From NCBI GenBank assembly GCA_003602605.1, contig QQRW01000040.1, positions 19,283 to 83,282 on the forward strand: DNA of 64,000 bases, in the 5' to 3' direction. Under the pieces are notes generated by a model, which worked only from the letters and a program-made list of their open reading frames with translations, searched no databases and was not told the origin of the DNA. Position 1 is the stretch's first letter. Every line of letters starts with the position of its first letter. Below are positions 1 to 9,570 of this stretch, one piece after another. Made by a program: the position numbers and the translations under genes. This DNA is from Candidatus Poseidoniales archaeon. Its GTDB lineage: Archaea; Thermoplasmatota; Poseidoniia; Poseidoniales; Poseidoniaceae.

Positions 1-1
1 T

Positions 2-1027
2 CCATTGCACCGGTGGCTCAACGAAGCGATTTTTCCGACTGAAGCAAAACTCAACCCAGAGTATGTTCGCATCGGAGCACAAGCCGCCGCTGCAGAAATG
101 ATCCGAACTGGCTCTTCATTCGCCGCAGACATGTATTTTTATCCCGCAGTGACTGGAAAGGTCCTCGATGATGCAGGGCTTCGCGGGTTGATTGGAGGCC
201 CTGTAAGTGATGCTGCTCTACCCTCGCATCCTGATGCTGCATCCGCCCTCGAAGAAATGGACAGCATACTCAAAACCCAAAAACAAGAAGATAAGATCCA
301 GTACGCTATAGCAACCCATTCAGTTTACCTGTGCAGTGAAGAAACATTGCGTAGAGCCTCAGAATTAGCAGAGAAGCGCGATGCTAGGTTGCATATTCAT
401 GTCAGTGAAACCCGAAAAGAAATCGCTGATTGTCATGAGAAAACCGGTCTTTATCCGGTTGAATACCTCAACAGTTTGGACTTTTTCAAACCCGGAACTG
501 TCTGTGCTCACGCTTCGTGGGTGAAGAAAAATGAAATCCGAATGCTCGCAGAACATGAAGTTACAGCAGTGCATTGTCCATCATCAAACATGAAAATCGC
601 ATGCGGGGGTACAATGTCATACCCAGCATACAAGGAAGCAGGCGTGGATGTACGTATCGGAACCGATGGCGCAGCATCTTCTGGAAGTGGACTGGATATG
701 CTTGCAGAAGCTCGTCTTGCAGCCCTAGTGCAACGTCACGACCACTGGGATGCTACATTGTTACCTGCCAGTGAAGTATTTTCCATGGCGACAAAAGGGA
801 GCTCGGATTGGGCTGTTTGGAACCTTGATGATATTCGAATGAGACCTGCGGGTCGCAGCGGAAACCGTCACCTCGCAAACCTCGTGTTCAATGGCGCTGA
901 ATGTCTCGACCTTTGGGTCGACGGAAAAGGCGTCCGCCTCGGTGGTAAAACACAAACATTGGATGAAAATTTTGCTTGGAATGAACTGGACCAAGCTGTT
1001 CACTCGTACTATGAAGGCGTTGAATGA
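2..1027 (+). CDS. Amidohydrolase, ATZ/TRZ family (MTA/SAH or 5'-deoxyadenosine deaminase-like); 5' end cut by window edge
   Basis: Frame stays open to the window start (codon 2-4 is CCA). Family motifs HIHVSET..E, HCPSSNMKIACGG and GTDGAASSG. Confidence 0.75.
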   Translation, partial: PLHRWLNEAIFPTEAKLNPEYVRIGAQAAAAEMIRTGSSFAADMYFYPAVTGKVLDDAGLRGLIGGPVSDAALPSHPDAASALEEMDSILKTQKQEDKIQYAIATHSVYLCSEETLRRASELAEKRDARLHIHVSETRKEIADCHEKTGLYPVEYLNSLDFFKPGTVCAHASWVKKNEIRMLAEHEVTAVHCPSSNMKIACGGTMSYPAYKEAGVDVRIGTDGAASSGSGLDMLAEARLAALVQRHDHWDATLLPASEVFSMATKGSSDWAVWNLDDIRMRPAGRSGNRHLANLVFNGAECLDLWVDGKGVRLGGKTQTLDENFAWNELDQAVHSYYEGVE

Positions 1028-1576
1028 TTACTTCATTCGTATGATGCCCAAGCCGCCAATTCCAGCTAGGAAACTAAACAGATAGGTTGCCGCGCCTGCT
1101 GATAATTTCACCTCGTAGTCAAGAGAAAGGTCTGTACCTGCTGGAAGCGTTCCTGATTTTGTACCGATTCCTGCATAATATTCGCCTTCAGTGACTCGCC
1201 ATTCTAATCCATCGTTACCGTTGATGGCTGTTGCTTCATACCCCGTATCTCCGTACTGGCATGTTTGGCTGTCTGATGTCGATTCAAGGAATCCTCCTCC
1301 ACTTGCGCGAATTCCATCGCATTGTGACTTCTTACTTTCATCGGCTATAACCAAAAAAATGTCTTCACGGTCCCATTTCACGGTTGTATCTGCGGTAATG
1401 AAAAGGCCAGCTGGATTTCCAGGTAATGCTTCATCGGAGAAGAATACGTAACCTTCAATGTTTGGCGTAGGGACATCATCAATTTGTCCTTCAACAGTGT
1501 AGCCAATTGTTCCACCTGCGATGAGGATGATAGCCAGTGCAGATAGCGCATAGCCAATTAATTTCTTCAAGCCCAT
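1028..1576 (-). CDS. Hypothetical bitopic membrane/surface protein
   Basis: N-terminal hydrophobic helix (YALSALAIILIAGGTIG) and C-terminal helix (ATYLFSFLAGIGGLGII). No recognisable catalytic motif. Confidence 0.5.
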   Translation of the reverse strand: MGLKKLIGYALSALAIILIAGGTIGYTVEGQIDDVPTPNIEGYVFFSDEALPGNPAGLFITADTTVKWDREDIFLVIADESKKSQCDGIRASGGGFLESTSDSQTCQYGDTGYEATAINGNDGLEWRVTEGEYYAGIGTKSGTLPAGTDLSLDYEVKLSAGAATYLFSFLAGIGGLGIIRMK

Positions 1577-1585
1577 ACCATCAAC

Positions 1586-2746
1586 TCACATTTGGAAAAA
1601 CGCCAGAGCAAGTATCACATAACAAGCCAGCAGCATAGTACCTTCAAGCCAATTCGATCTGCCATCGCTCATGATCGAATTAGCTACAAGAACTGAAATA
1701 AACGTCGCTGCGGTTTCAAGTAAACCAAATTCAAGAGTAAGGTTGACGCCCAAAAACCAGGCAAACAAAACCATGATTGGAGCGACAAAGAGAGCAATTT
1801 GGACACTGCTACCAATAGCAATTGCAATCGAAAGGTCCATCTTATCCTTGCCTGCAACCAACACAGCAGTGAAGTGCTCAGCAGCATTGCCGAAGAAGGG
1901 TAGCAATATGACGCCGATGAAAAGTTCAGGCAAATGCCACTTCTCAACTGCCACTTCAAGGCTGTGTACCAATATGTGCGCCATCCAACCGACCAGTATG
2001 GTCGAAAGAATGAGTAAAACCCACGCGTCTTTGATACTCATTGCGGGGTCTTCATGCGAACCATGACCTGCCTCAGTAGCGAAAACATCGACGTGCGTTT
2101 TGAGTTGGAAAAAGAGGGCTAGGCCGTAAATGGCAAGGAGGACGACCGCTGTGTAATGTGAGAGTTGTGCGACATCACCAAGTGAGGCTCCTGAATGGTG
2201 AACGGCACTCGGTATGATAAGGGCTACAATTGCCAACAAAAGCAGCGATCCATTCATTTGTCCTGCGTCTTGACTGAACAACTGAATTTTGTGATTTATC
2301 CCGCCCCAAACCATGGCAAGGCCCAGTACCAGCAGGAGGTTTCCGAGAATCGAGCCAATCAATGAGGCTTGAGTAACCGTAATCATCGTTTCAGCAATAG
2401 CTTCATTCTTTGAAGCAGTGTAAAGGGCAAGACCTGCAATAATCATCTCAACAGCGTTGCCAAAGGTAGCATTAAGCAATCCACCTACAGCCTCACCGGT
2501 TCTCAAAGCAATTTCTTCTGTTGCCTTACCCATAAGAAAAGCAAGCGGCATTATAGCGACCATCGAGAAAAGAAACGCAAGGCCGCCTTGATGTGTAAAA
2601 TTCGCGTACAAAGCTACAGGAATCGCAAGTAGAAGAAAGTTCAACTTGTTCTTTCGTGGGTCGAACGAAGCGAATAAATGCTCCATTGCTTCCTCTGCCT
2701 CATCGACTAAAATGTCTCCAGCATCTACTGTTTTCGGTTCCGACAT
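1586..2746 (-). CDS. Ca2+/H+ antiporter, CaCA/CAX family
   Basis: Polytopic. Both alpha-repeat signatures are present ([10 protein letters not shown] and FFGNAAEHF). Confidence 0.8.
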   Translation of the reverse strand: MSEPKTVDAGDILVDEAEEAMEHLFASFDPRKNKLNFLLLAIPVALYANFTHQGGLAFLFSMVAIMPLAFLMGKATEEIALRTGEAVGGLLNATFGNAVEMIIAGLALYTASKNEAIAETMITVTQASLIGSILGNLLLVLGLAMVWGGINHKIQLFSQDAGQMNGSLLLLAIVALIIPSAVHHSGASLGDVAQLSHYTAVVLLAIYGLALFFQLKTHVDVFATEAGHGSHEDPAMSIKDAWVLLILSTILVGWMAHILVHSLEVAVEKWHLPELFIGVILLPFFGNAAEHFTAVLVAGKDKMDLSIAIAIGSSVQIALFVAPIMVLFAWFLGVNLTLEFGLLETAATFISVLVANSIMSDGRSNWLEGTMLLACYVILALAFFQM

Positions 2747-2794
2747 ATCTGCTTCGAAGAAGCATCAGCCCTTGACTTCACCGCTTGATTTGAT

Positions 2795-5700
2795 TCAGTC
2801 TTCGCTCTTTTTGCGACCTACTGTTCTGCGCTTAGGAGCCTTACGAGGTGCAGCTCGACGACCAACTACTCGCTTCTTAGAGACCGGCTTTTCCTCAACC
2901 TCTTCATCATCATCGTCATCGTCGTATTCGCTCCAATCGATACCGTCATCATCGTCGTCCTCGTCATCAACGACCTCAGGAACGTCCTTCTTACGACGTG
3001 TTTTACGGGTGATAACATTCACCGCAAATGGGTCTTCTTCTTCTTGTTCTGCTTCAGGTTCAGTCTCAGGTTCAGCTGACTTTTCATCTGTTTTTACGCT
3101 TGTATCCGTGACTGCACCCATGTCCAAATCTTGCGAAGTTCCGATAAACTCAGACATCCAGTCTTCATCTTCTTCTTCGTCCGCGCCTGCCTTCTTCTTC
3201 TTAGGGCCACTCATACTGGTACTGATGACCATAAACATGATAATCAGTGAAAACACAAAGATTCCAGAGAGTATCCAGACCAAAATATACGGCGGGTCGG
3301 TCATGGACGGTTCAACGATAACAGGTTCTGGCTCAGGCTTGAGTGACTCGACATAGTTACAAGAGGTCGTTCCGTCAATCCTGTTACGACATTCATCGAC
3401 AACAAAAATGACACTTGTTGACCTCTCATTGCCTGCAGAGTCAACTGCCCGAACAAACACAGCGTGTTGTCCCGGTAGGAAATTTCCTGCTGAAAACTCT
3501 AAATCCAAAACCAAAGAACTGTTATCCCCGTCAAGGTTGGTGACTTCGGTGGCTTCAGTCCAAGGTGTATTGATTGACTGACCCGTTCCGTAATTGTAAG
3601 TAAACTTGTATTGGAACGAATCAATTCGCACATCATCCTCTGCGCCAGCAAGAACTTGAATCATGTTACCATACAGATACTTTGATTCACTGTCAGAGAA
3701 CGAAGACGGCGAATAAATTACGACTTGTGGGGCGACTGCATCAACGGCTCGGTCCGTCCATTGTTGTGTAGCTTGGTTGTTCGCAAGATCTTCCATTTGA
3801 ACTTCAAAAACCATATCGCCGGCAATGGTGGCGGAGGTGATAAAGAAGTCGAGTTGGTAGACTGGTCCTCGGTCTGGGTTACCTGCGTTTTCTTGAATAA
3901 GCGTCATCTCACGATCGCCTCCAGAAAGGTCACCGCCACCAAGAGTGGTGATGTTGATCATCGGGCTTACATCAAGAGGCTCATCGAATTCAATTTGCAC
4001 CTTGTAGTCGCCTGCAATAAGTGAAGGACTGGTGAAAGCCTCATTGTCTTCATTAATCAAAACCATAGAGGCTTGAGGTGCTTTGGTATCTTCTGTCACT
4101 TTGATGGCGTTAGAATTGAGCCCTGAGTAGGTCTCGGGATCTGTGTTGCCCCATTTGTCAGCAACCATAACGGCGTACCAAACATCTCGATCGACGTCAT
4201 TTGGAATATCGATTTGTCTGAAAAAAGTGTTCTCCTCGGATGCCCCGGCTTGTATGTTATCAATGACGAGTTCCCATCCGTCATCAGTTACGGAACTTAT
4301 CTCGCTCTCATCTTCTCCAAACGGTTCACCATAGTGGCGCCAGACCTGATATACTTCATCGGTTTCATCGCTGTTGAACCATTCAAGGGTAACCTTGTTT
4401 AGGTAACCAATAGACTGCACTTCTTTCATACTCACGCGAAGCGGAGGTGTTGTGTCCTCCTCGTTTCCTTCAGCAATTTGGAAGTAGTTTTGGTTCAGTC
4501 TCTTATCCATGTAGGTTCCCGAAAGGTGTCCGTAAAGAGCCTCAGTCGTCACGAAATAATACGGGCGAGACACGAGAAGGCCATCTGAAAGTTCGACGTC
4601 GAAATACCCAACTCCGTCACTTACGGAACCAAGCCATTGGAGCGAGCCGTTGAATGTCGCCCATTCTCCGCCGGTAACCTTCCATCCTGCTTTGTAAATG
4701 TGGTATTGCTCACCTTCAACGCCCAATTGGTCGGTCCATGAGACTCTAGTGGTCTTGTTACCGATGAATTCAGCATAGACATTGGTGGGTTCAGCGATCC
4801 ATGGACTAAATGCATCTTCAACGACTGCATCGGAGCAGGAGTTGAAACTCACATTGGTATCCATAACACCGTACATGTCGACGGTTGCTACGCAATAATA
4901 CGCATTTCCGAGTCGACCTGTAGGCACTTCGTAATCGAACGATTCTACCCCTTCTGAAATTGTCCCAAGCAGTTGTACATCTGAGCGAAGAACGCTCGAG
5001 AACGCCGTACCTGACATGTAAATGCGGTATGATTCTCCTACCTCTCCTGCAACGTCGGTCCAAACAACCGTAGTCGTTCCACCGCCGTCGGTTGGCTCGG
5101 GATTGAACTGAGCATACATCGAACTGACTTGCTCTGGAGGAAGGTTGTCTTCCATAATCGGAGAGGTCATGGCGTTGCTCGAAAGGAAGCGCACATCTTG
5201 GTAATCTTGACCTGGTGCAGTCCAATTCGGCAAATTATAGGTGACCGAGTAATACGCTTCTCTGTCCGTGTTTTGCGGTACATCGATAACAATCGAGGAG
5301 GTACCTGCGGGAAGAGTTGCAATTGGTGTTTCTGTTGCAAGCATATTCGCACCGTTGGAACGAGTCACGGGATACGATGTACGATACAGTAGAATCTGGT
5401 AGGCATCATCGCCTGTATCGGGAAGAATTGGGAAGATCTCGTTGTAATTAATCCATTGAATGGTCGATTGGCTCAAGTCCGGGTCGAACGATCCAAAGAT
5501 GTTGTATGGCGTGCGAATCGGAGTCGTCTGTTCAAGAATGGGCGTTTCAATAAGAGAGGCGTTTTCATCTAAATCAGTGAGTTCTGTTCCATCTCCAAGG
5601 GTTGTCGTAACTGCATAATAGAACGATTCATTGACACCGGGTGAAACAAGGTAAGAGACAGAGTGCTGAGCGACGGTGCCATTAATTCCACGGCATTTGA

Positions 5701-6052
5701 AAGCGTCGTTTTGAACCTCTGCAGAAGAACATGCTACAATTCCTGTTTCAAACGGAGTAAGGCTGCCGATTGAAGATTGGTCGATGACATCACTTGAGCG
5801 GTAAACATTGTACGTAGCAGTGAAAAGTCCCTGCAAAACGGAACCATCAATGTCAATATTGCGCCAAGTGACCGTAGTGGTTTCTGAGGCAGGGTCAAAC
5901 ACTGCACTGATGTCTTGAGCTTGTAGATTGCTCGGATTTCCGATATCTTCCGCTGAAACATTGCTCATTGGCAGCAAAGCAAGAAGCATGCACATCACAA
6001 GGAAAATCGCTTTTCTCTTGCCTTCTTTACCGAGCAGATTGACTGTCATCAT
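2795..6052 (-). CDS. Large type-I anchored surface protein with about five FN3-like modules and a 136-aa polyampholyte cytoplasmic tail
   Basis: Signal/anchor KAIFLVMCMLLALLPMSNVSA. Repeated W...Y.[IV]Y modules (TTVTWRN..YNVYRS, STIQWINY..ILLYRT, TTVVWTD..YRIYMSG, TRVSWTD..YHIYKAG, VTLEWFN..YQVWRH). TM helix YILVWILSGIFVFSLIIMFMVI, then alternating D/E and K/R blocks. Confidence 0.7.
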   Translation of the reverse strand: MMTVNLLGKEGKRKAIFLVMCMLLALLPMSNVSAEDIGNPSNLQAQDISAVFDPASETTTVTWRNIDIDGSVLQGLFTATYNVYRSSDVIDQSSIGSLTPFETGIVACSSAEVQNDAFKCRGINGTVAQHSVSYLVSPGVNESFYYAVTTTLGDGTELTDLDENASLIETPILEQTTPIRTPYNIFGSFDPDLSQSTIQWINYNEIFPILPDTGDDAYQILLYRTSYPVTRSNGANMLATETPIATLPAGTSSIVIDVPQNTDREAYYSVTYNLPNWTAPGQDYQDVRFLSSNAMTSPIMEDNLPPEQVSSMYAQFNPEPTDGGGTTTVVWTDVAGEVGESYRIYMSGTAFSSVLRSDVQLLGTISEGVESFDYEVPTGRLGNAYYCVATVDMYGVMDTNVSFNSCSDAVVEDAFSPWIAEPTNVYAEFIGNKTTRVSWTDQLGVEGEQYHIYKAGWKVTGGEWATFNGSLQWLGSVSDGVGYFDVELSDGLLVSRPYYFVTTEALYGHLSGTYMDKRLNQNYFQIAEGNEEDTTPPLRVSMKEVQSIGYLNKVTLEWFNSDETDEVYQVWRHYGEPFGEDESEISSVTDDGWELVIDNIQAGASEENTFFRQIDIPNDVDRDVWYAVMVADKWGNTDPETYSGLNSNAIKVTEDTKAPQASMVLINEDNEAFTSPSLIAGDYKVQIEFDEPLDVSPMINITTLGGGDLSGGDREMTLIQENAGNPDRGPVYQLDFFITSATIAGDMVFEVQMEDLANNQATQQWTDRAVDAVAPQVVIYSPSSFSDSESKYLYGNMIQVLAGAEDDVRIDSFQYKFTYNYGTGQSINTPWTEATEVTNLDGDNSSLVLDLEFSAGNFLPGQHAVFVRAVDSAGNERSTSVIFVVDECRNRIDGTTSCNYVESLKPEPEPVIVEPSMTDPPYILVWILSGIFVFSLIIMFMVISTSMSGPKKKKAGADEEEDEDWMSEFIGTSQDLDMGAVTDTSVKTDEKSAEPETEPEAEQEEEDPFAVNVITRKTRRKKDVPEVVDDEDDDDDGIDWSEYDDDDDDEEVEEKPVSKKRVVGRRAAPRKAPKRRTVGRKKSED

Positions 6053-6145
6053 TCCACTTGTCGCATGCGACGGTTAAGAGCATGTCGCATATTTAACCGG
6101 TAAAAATGACATTCAACACACCCCTACGGGGTGCGAAGTTCTCAG

Positions 6146-6853
6146 TCATTCTTGTTCTGTTGATTGATTTGGTTGTGGCAATGGGTCTTCGGAATCGATT
6201 CGGGTGATTTCCGAATGTGCTTGTCGGAAACGCACAAGGAATGTCCACAGTCCACCGAAAGCTGAAATCAAAACAACAATACTCAGCGGCGTGATTGGAA
6301 TGTGGTCCAGTACCCCTGGCAGCATTCCGAAATCGCCGATACCTGCGTGAATAAAAACAGCGGTTAGGAAAATTCCTAAAATCGTCACAACGGTGCGGTC
6401 TGCTCTGGAGAAACCACGATAATTTCGTGAGCCTGCAACGGCTTGTGCTTGTGTCCCCATGTACGAACCCATAAGAGTCAGCCAAGCTGCTACAAGCCCT
6501 AGTGTGAAATCGCCGACGAAAACGGAACCTGCGATACATAACAGCCAGATGGCGTCAAGAAGTCTGTCAAATGTGTGATCAAGATAGTCTCCCCATCGGC
6601 TAACGTTGCCGAATCTCCGTGCCAAAGGCCCGTCTAAACCGTCCATAGCCATGGCCAGTATCATCAACAAACCGCCACCAAGTAACATGTTTGCGCCATA
6701 CGATGTTTCATCTGCAGTTAACACAGCCAATCCGCCAAGAATGCCAACGGGTAAAGCGACCCAAGTTACCGTGGATGGTTTCACATTCTCAAGCGAATCT
6801 AGAAGTGGGTTTAGGATGCCTTCCCAAGTGTCTCTTAATTTCTCCAATGCCAT
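6146..6853 (-). CDS. CDP-alcohol phosphatidyltransferase (archaetidylserine or archaetidylinositol-phosphate synthase class; head group not determinable)
   Basis: Exact D-G-x2-A-R-x8-G-x3-D-x3-D signature (DGPLARRFGNVSRWGDYLDHTFD), polytopic. The ATG at 6853 (MALEKL) is preferred. The longer ORF to 6934 would overlap the upstream gene's stop. Confidence 0.8.
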   Translation of the reverse strand: MALEKLRDTWEGILNPLLDSLENVKPSTVTWVALPVGILGGLAVLTADETSYGANMLLGGGLLMILAMAMDGLDGPLARRFGNVSRWGDYLDHTFDRLLDAIWLLCIAGSVFVGDFTLGLVAAWLTLMGSYMGTQAQAVAGSRNYRGFSRADRTVVTILGIFLTAVFIHAGIGDFGMLPGVLDHIPITPLSIVVLISAFGGLWTFLVRFRQAHSEITRIDSEDPLPQPNQSTEQE

Positions 6854-6924
6854 GATGCTCGTACCTGTGGCCGAGGCGGGGGGGTGTTTGTTGTTGCGGT
6901 TCCTTACGCAATAAAATGTGAGTC

Positions 6925-7482
6925 TTACAACCAATTCATTGCTTTCGAGGCAGCTTCAGCAAGGGGGACCGATGGAAGACCTTGGTCAATCCACTGTACA
7001 ATTCTCTCACATAATTCATCGGCAGACAGACCCGTTGTATCGAGTTCCAGCAGAGGTACTTCAATCTCAAATTCGAGAAGTTCAGACCATGTTCCGGAAA
7101 GCATCTCCCATTCCACATTCGCAGTTATTTTTGAAGGTGAATACGAACGCCCCTCAAGTCGTTCACGAAGGACCTCAGGTTGGCATCGCAAAACAACGAT
7201 TGCATCGACATCAAGAAGATGAGAAAGGTGCCCATCGACAAAGGTCAACGCTTTCGATTCAAAATCCCAAACCTCGGAGAGTTTGTGAATGTCCAACGGA
7301 GCTGAACCATCATTTTCGTCGACAGGCCCTAGGCAATCGTTTTGTGCGGCCAATTCTTGAAGTGAAAGTACATTGTAGAGCGAACTTAACGACGCACATA
7401 CCGTCGTTTTTCCCGCACCTGGGGTTCCGGTTACTGCGATGCACAAGTTGTCTTCCACAGTAACGCCCGTGTTCACCAACAC
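6925..7482 (-). CDS. AK6/Fap7-type nucleoside-triphosphatase / adenylate kinase
   Basis: P-loop IAVTGTPGAGKTT, then VDGHLSHLL and VVLRCQPEVLRERLEGRSY, typical of archaeal/eukaryotic AK6. GTG start. Confidence 0.7.
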   Translation of the reverse strand: MLVNTGVTVEDNLCIAVTGTPGAGKTTVCASLSSLYNVLSLQELAAQNDCLGPVDENDGSAPLDIHKLSEVWDFESKALTFVDGHLSHLLDVDAIVVLRCQPEVLRERLEGRSYSPSKITANVEWEMLSGTWSELLEFEIEVPLLELDTTGLSADELCERIVQWIDQGLPSVPLAEAASKAMNWL

Positions 7483-7578
7483 ATAAACAAAAAGGCCGAA
7501 AGGTTAGATTTTAGGGGATATTGGTGTGGTTCGAGCGAAGCGAGCAGGGAAAGGCATGATAGGTCATCACCTACAGCA

Positions 7579-8340
7579 ATGAATGTTGCCATGTTTGGAA
7601 TGAACGACCCTGCTCAAACGCTGCTCCAGTTGGAGCGGTATGTGGCTGATGGCCGAATGGAAATGTCAGAAGTGATGGCAATCCAGTTCACGGATATGTT
7701 TCTCTCACAGAAAAACAGGGGCGCAGATGCACAAATTATGCTCGTCAAAGGTTTGCGGATACTTTGCGATGTATTCCTCGCAAGAAACAAAGCGAAGCGC
7801 GGCATATCGACCGTGAAAATTCTTCACCGAGAGCGTAAGAAATTGATTCGGATGCTAGCTAAAAACGCACCTCAACTTTTGGCAAAAATGACATCCGAGG
7901 CTGAAGATTATCGAAGGGCTGGGAAACTGTATGCACTGGCTGGAAAGAAAGGAGCAGCGATGAAAGCTTTTACCCAATGTGAAAAGAAATCACCTGGACA
8001 TGTGGCTGCTGCGCTGGAAGCATGTCAAATGGTTCCTGGCCAAAAGAAACTTGTTCAGCGACTCACCAGCGTTGTTACTGAGTCAGGCCCTGTCGTCATG
8101 TACGAAGGCGTGTTTTACTTACAGCCAATTGATTCTCCGATGGTGCTAACCGATGAAATAATCGCCGCCCTCCATTCAGCAATTGAGAAACAAATCGGCC
8201 CAACAGATGCTTGCAAAAAACAAATTGATCGCATAAATGAAGAGCGCCAGGCTATTGAACGCGGCGAAGCAGCTGCAAACGCTCGGCTGCAAGCCGCAAT
8301 GGATTTACTCAAACCTCAACACGATTACTACGAGTACTGA
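7579..8340 (+). CDS. Hypothetical helical protein
   Basis: Long uninterrupted ORF in a coding-dense region. No motif recognised. Confidence 0.45.
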   Translation: MNVAMFGMNDPAQTLLQLERYVADGRMEMSEVMAIQFTDMFLSQKNRGADAQIMLVKGLRILCDVFLARNKAKRGISTVKILHRERKKLIRMLAKNAPQLLAKMTSEAEDYRRAGKLYALAGKKGAAMKAFTQCEKKSPGHVAAALEACQMVPGQKKLVQRLTSVVTESGPVVMYEGVFYLQPIDSPMVLTDEIIAALHSAIEKQIGPTDACKKQIDRINEERQAIERGEAAANARLQAAMDLLKPQHDYYEY

Positions 8341-8343
8341 GAA

Positions 8344-8421
8344 TGGTAACGAGAGATGGATTTGAACCATCGATCTCCGGGTTATGAGCCCGACGGGATA
8401 TCCAGACTACCCCACCTCGTT
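8344..8421 (-). tRNA. tRNA-Met (anticodon CAT), initiator-like, 3' CCA encoded
   Basis: Hand-folded cloverleaf. Acceptor AACGAGG/TCTCGTT, U8, D loop with GG. Anticodon stem TCGGG/CCCGG with loop CTCATAA. 5-nt variable AGATC, T arm GATGG-TTCAAAT-CCATC, discriminator A, CCA. A1:U72 and three G:C pairs next to the anticodon loop are initiator hallmarks. Confidence 0.85.
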
Positions 8422-8535
8422 ATACACAACGCTGAAACCCTCCCATTCTTCAATGCACCGATGCAGTACGATTGAGGATAGCACAGAGGAAAATCATTCC
8501 AAGTGAGCATTTCACACAGAATTAGCACTGCATTG

Positions 8536-9405
8536 ATGAATATGAAGCGCATGAGACTACTTATGCGAGCAGGGCGAACAGTACCGGTTATCTTGTGCTT
8601 ATTGCTCCTGTTGACATCGATTTCAGGCTGTCTGAGTTCTGATGGAGAACCGAAAGAAGCCAGCGCAATCGAACTTATCGTCTATTACGACGCAACTTCC
8701 GGTGTCATTGAAGAAAACGTGCAAAACAACCAACAGGTTACTGAGAGCGGCGTCGAACTCACCTTCGACTTCTCGTACACCAAGTCCTCTGCAGGCGCCA
8801 TGGTTACCTATTATTTCCTTCCAGGAGACGGTTCAAGTGCTGTTGAAAATAACGCTGCTGAAGATGGCGAAATCACCTACACATACCTCACGCACGGCCT
8901 CTTCGATGCAGCTATGGGCGGTGTCGACGACCAAGGTAACGATTACTTTGAGAACATCACCATCCGAATCGACAAACAAATCACTTGGGGCGACAGCAAC
9001 ACTGCAGACCCTGACGTTATGAATATCGAAACAACTCCGGACTGCAATTGCCCGGCACCGGAAAAAATCGTCGTCGAATCAACAGTTGTGAATATTGAAA
9101 ATCAACCCGCAACCCCAATCAATCAGGGTCAAACCGTCACAGTAACATGGAGAATGTTGAATTCAACCGATGCAACAACCGTCGAATCTGCACCGGAGCA
9201 AGTCGGAGACGGACAAGATGCTTCATGGATGCACAACCAGTACTTCGTCGAACCGGGGACATGGAAACTTGAGGTCGATGTGAGTGCAGAAGGAAACGGG
9301 GAGGAACGGGTCAATGTCGACCATACAGTGCAAATCCTCTACGATGCTCAAGAAAGCGTCCCTAATCCAATGGGCGATTCTGAGGTTGACGAAGAAACAG
9401 AATAG
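8536..9405 (+). CDS. Exported lipoprotein-like protein with a PKD-like domain
   Basis: Signal peptide ending in lipobox-like LTSISGC. PKD-like TFDFSYT..YYFLPGDGSS..ITYTYLTHGLFDAAMGGVDDQGN. The ORF track starts at GTG 8503; the ATG at 8536 is preferred. Confidence 0.6.
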   Translation: MNMKRMRLLMRAGRTVPVILCLLLLLTSISGCLSSDGEPKEASAIELIVYYDATSGVIEENVQNNQQVTESGVELTFDFSYTKSSAGAMVTYYFLPGDGSSAVENNAAEDGEITYTYLTHGLFDAAMGGVDDQGNDYFENITIRIDKQITWGDSNTADPDVMNIETTPDCNCPAPEKIVVESTVVNIENQPATPINQGQTVTVTWRMLNSTDATTVESAPEQVGDGQDASWMHNQYFVEPGTWKLEVDVSAEGNGEERVNVDHTVQILYDAQESVPNPMGDSEVDEETE

Positions 9406-9407
9406 AT

Positions 9408-9432
9408 TCACTTTCCGTTTTTGAAAAAGTGA
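9408..9432 (+). terminator. Hairpin with T5 run just after the stop codon of the PKD-like gene
   Basis: TCACTTT-ccgtttttgaa-AAAGTGA: 7-bp perfect stem, loop contains TTTTT, starts 3 nt after the TAG at 9403-9405. Confidence 0.4.
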
Positions 9433-9524
9433 AGTTAAACTGAAAAAATAAGTCGTAGTATTGCGATTAAACCGTCGCATAATGGTTTGGAAAGCGTCTT
9501 TCCCATACGCACCCTGTTTCAGCC

Positions 9525-9533
9525 TTTCATATA
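9525..9533 (+). promoter_or_regulatory. TATA-like element upstream of radA
   Basis: TTTCATATA lies about 40 nt upstream of the ATG at 9571. This spacing fits an archaeal promoter with a short leader. Confidence 0.3.
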
Positions 9534-9570
9534 CCGTTGACAGACCAGCAGGGGTTGGAAGTGAACAAGA

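Noticed and set aside
2646-3356. 236-aa plus-strand ORF with long Ser runs (SSSSSSSS)
   Set aside because: It is the antisense reading of the GAT/GAC/GAA-rich acidic tail of the 1085-aa minus-strand gene. It is low-complexity and overlaps two real genes.
6878-6884. G7 homopolymer (C7 on the coding strand) between the AK6-like stop and the CDP-alcohol transferase start, considered as a phase-variation tract
   Set aside because: It is short and intergenic, and a single sequence gives no evidence of length variation. A similar C7 run at about 18346 also looks incidental.
6854-6934. N-terminal 27-codon extension of the CDP-alcohol transferase ORF
   Set aside because: It would overlap the upstream AK6-like gene's 3' end. 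The internal ATG at 6853 gives a normal-length protein.
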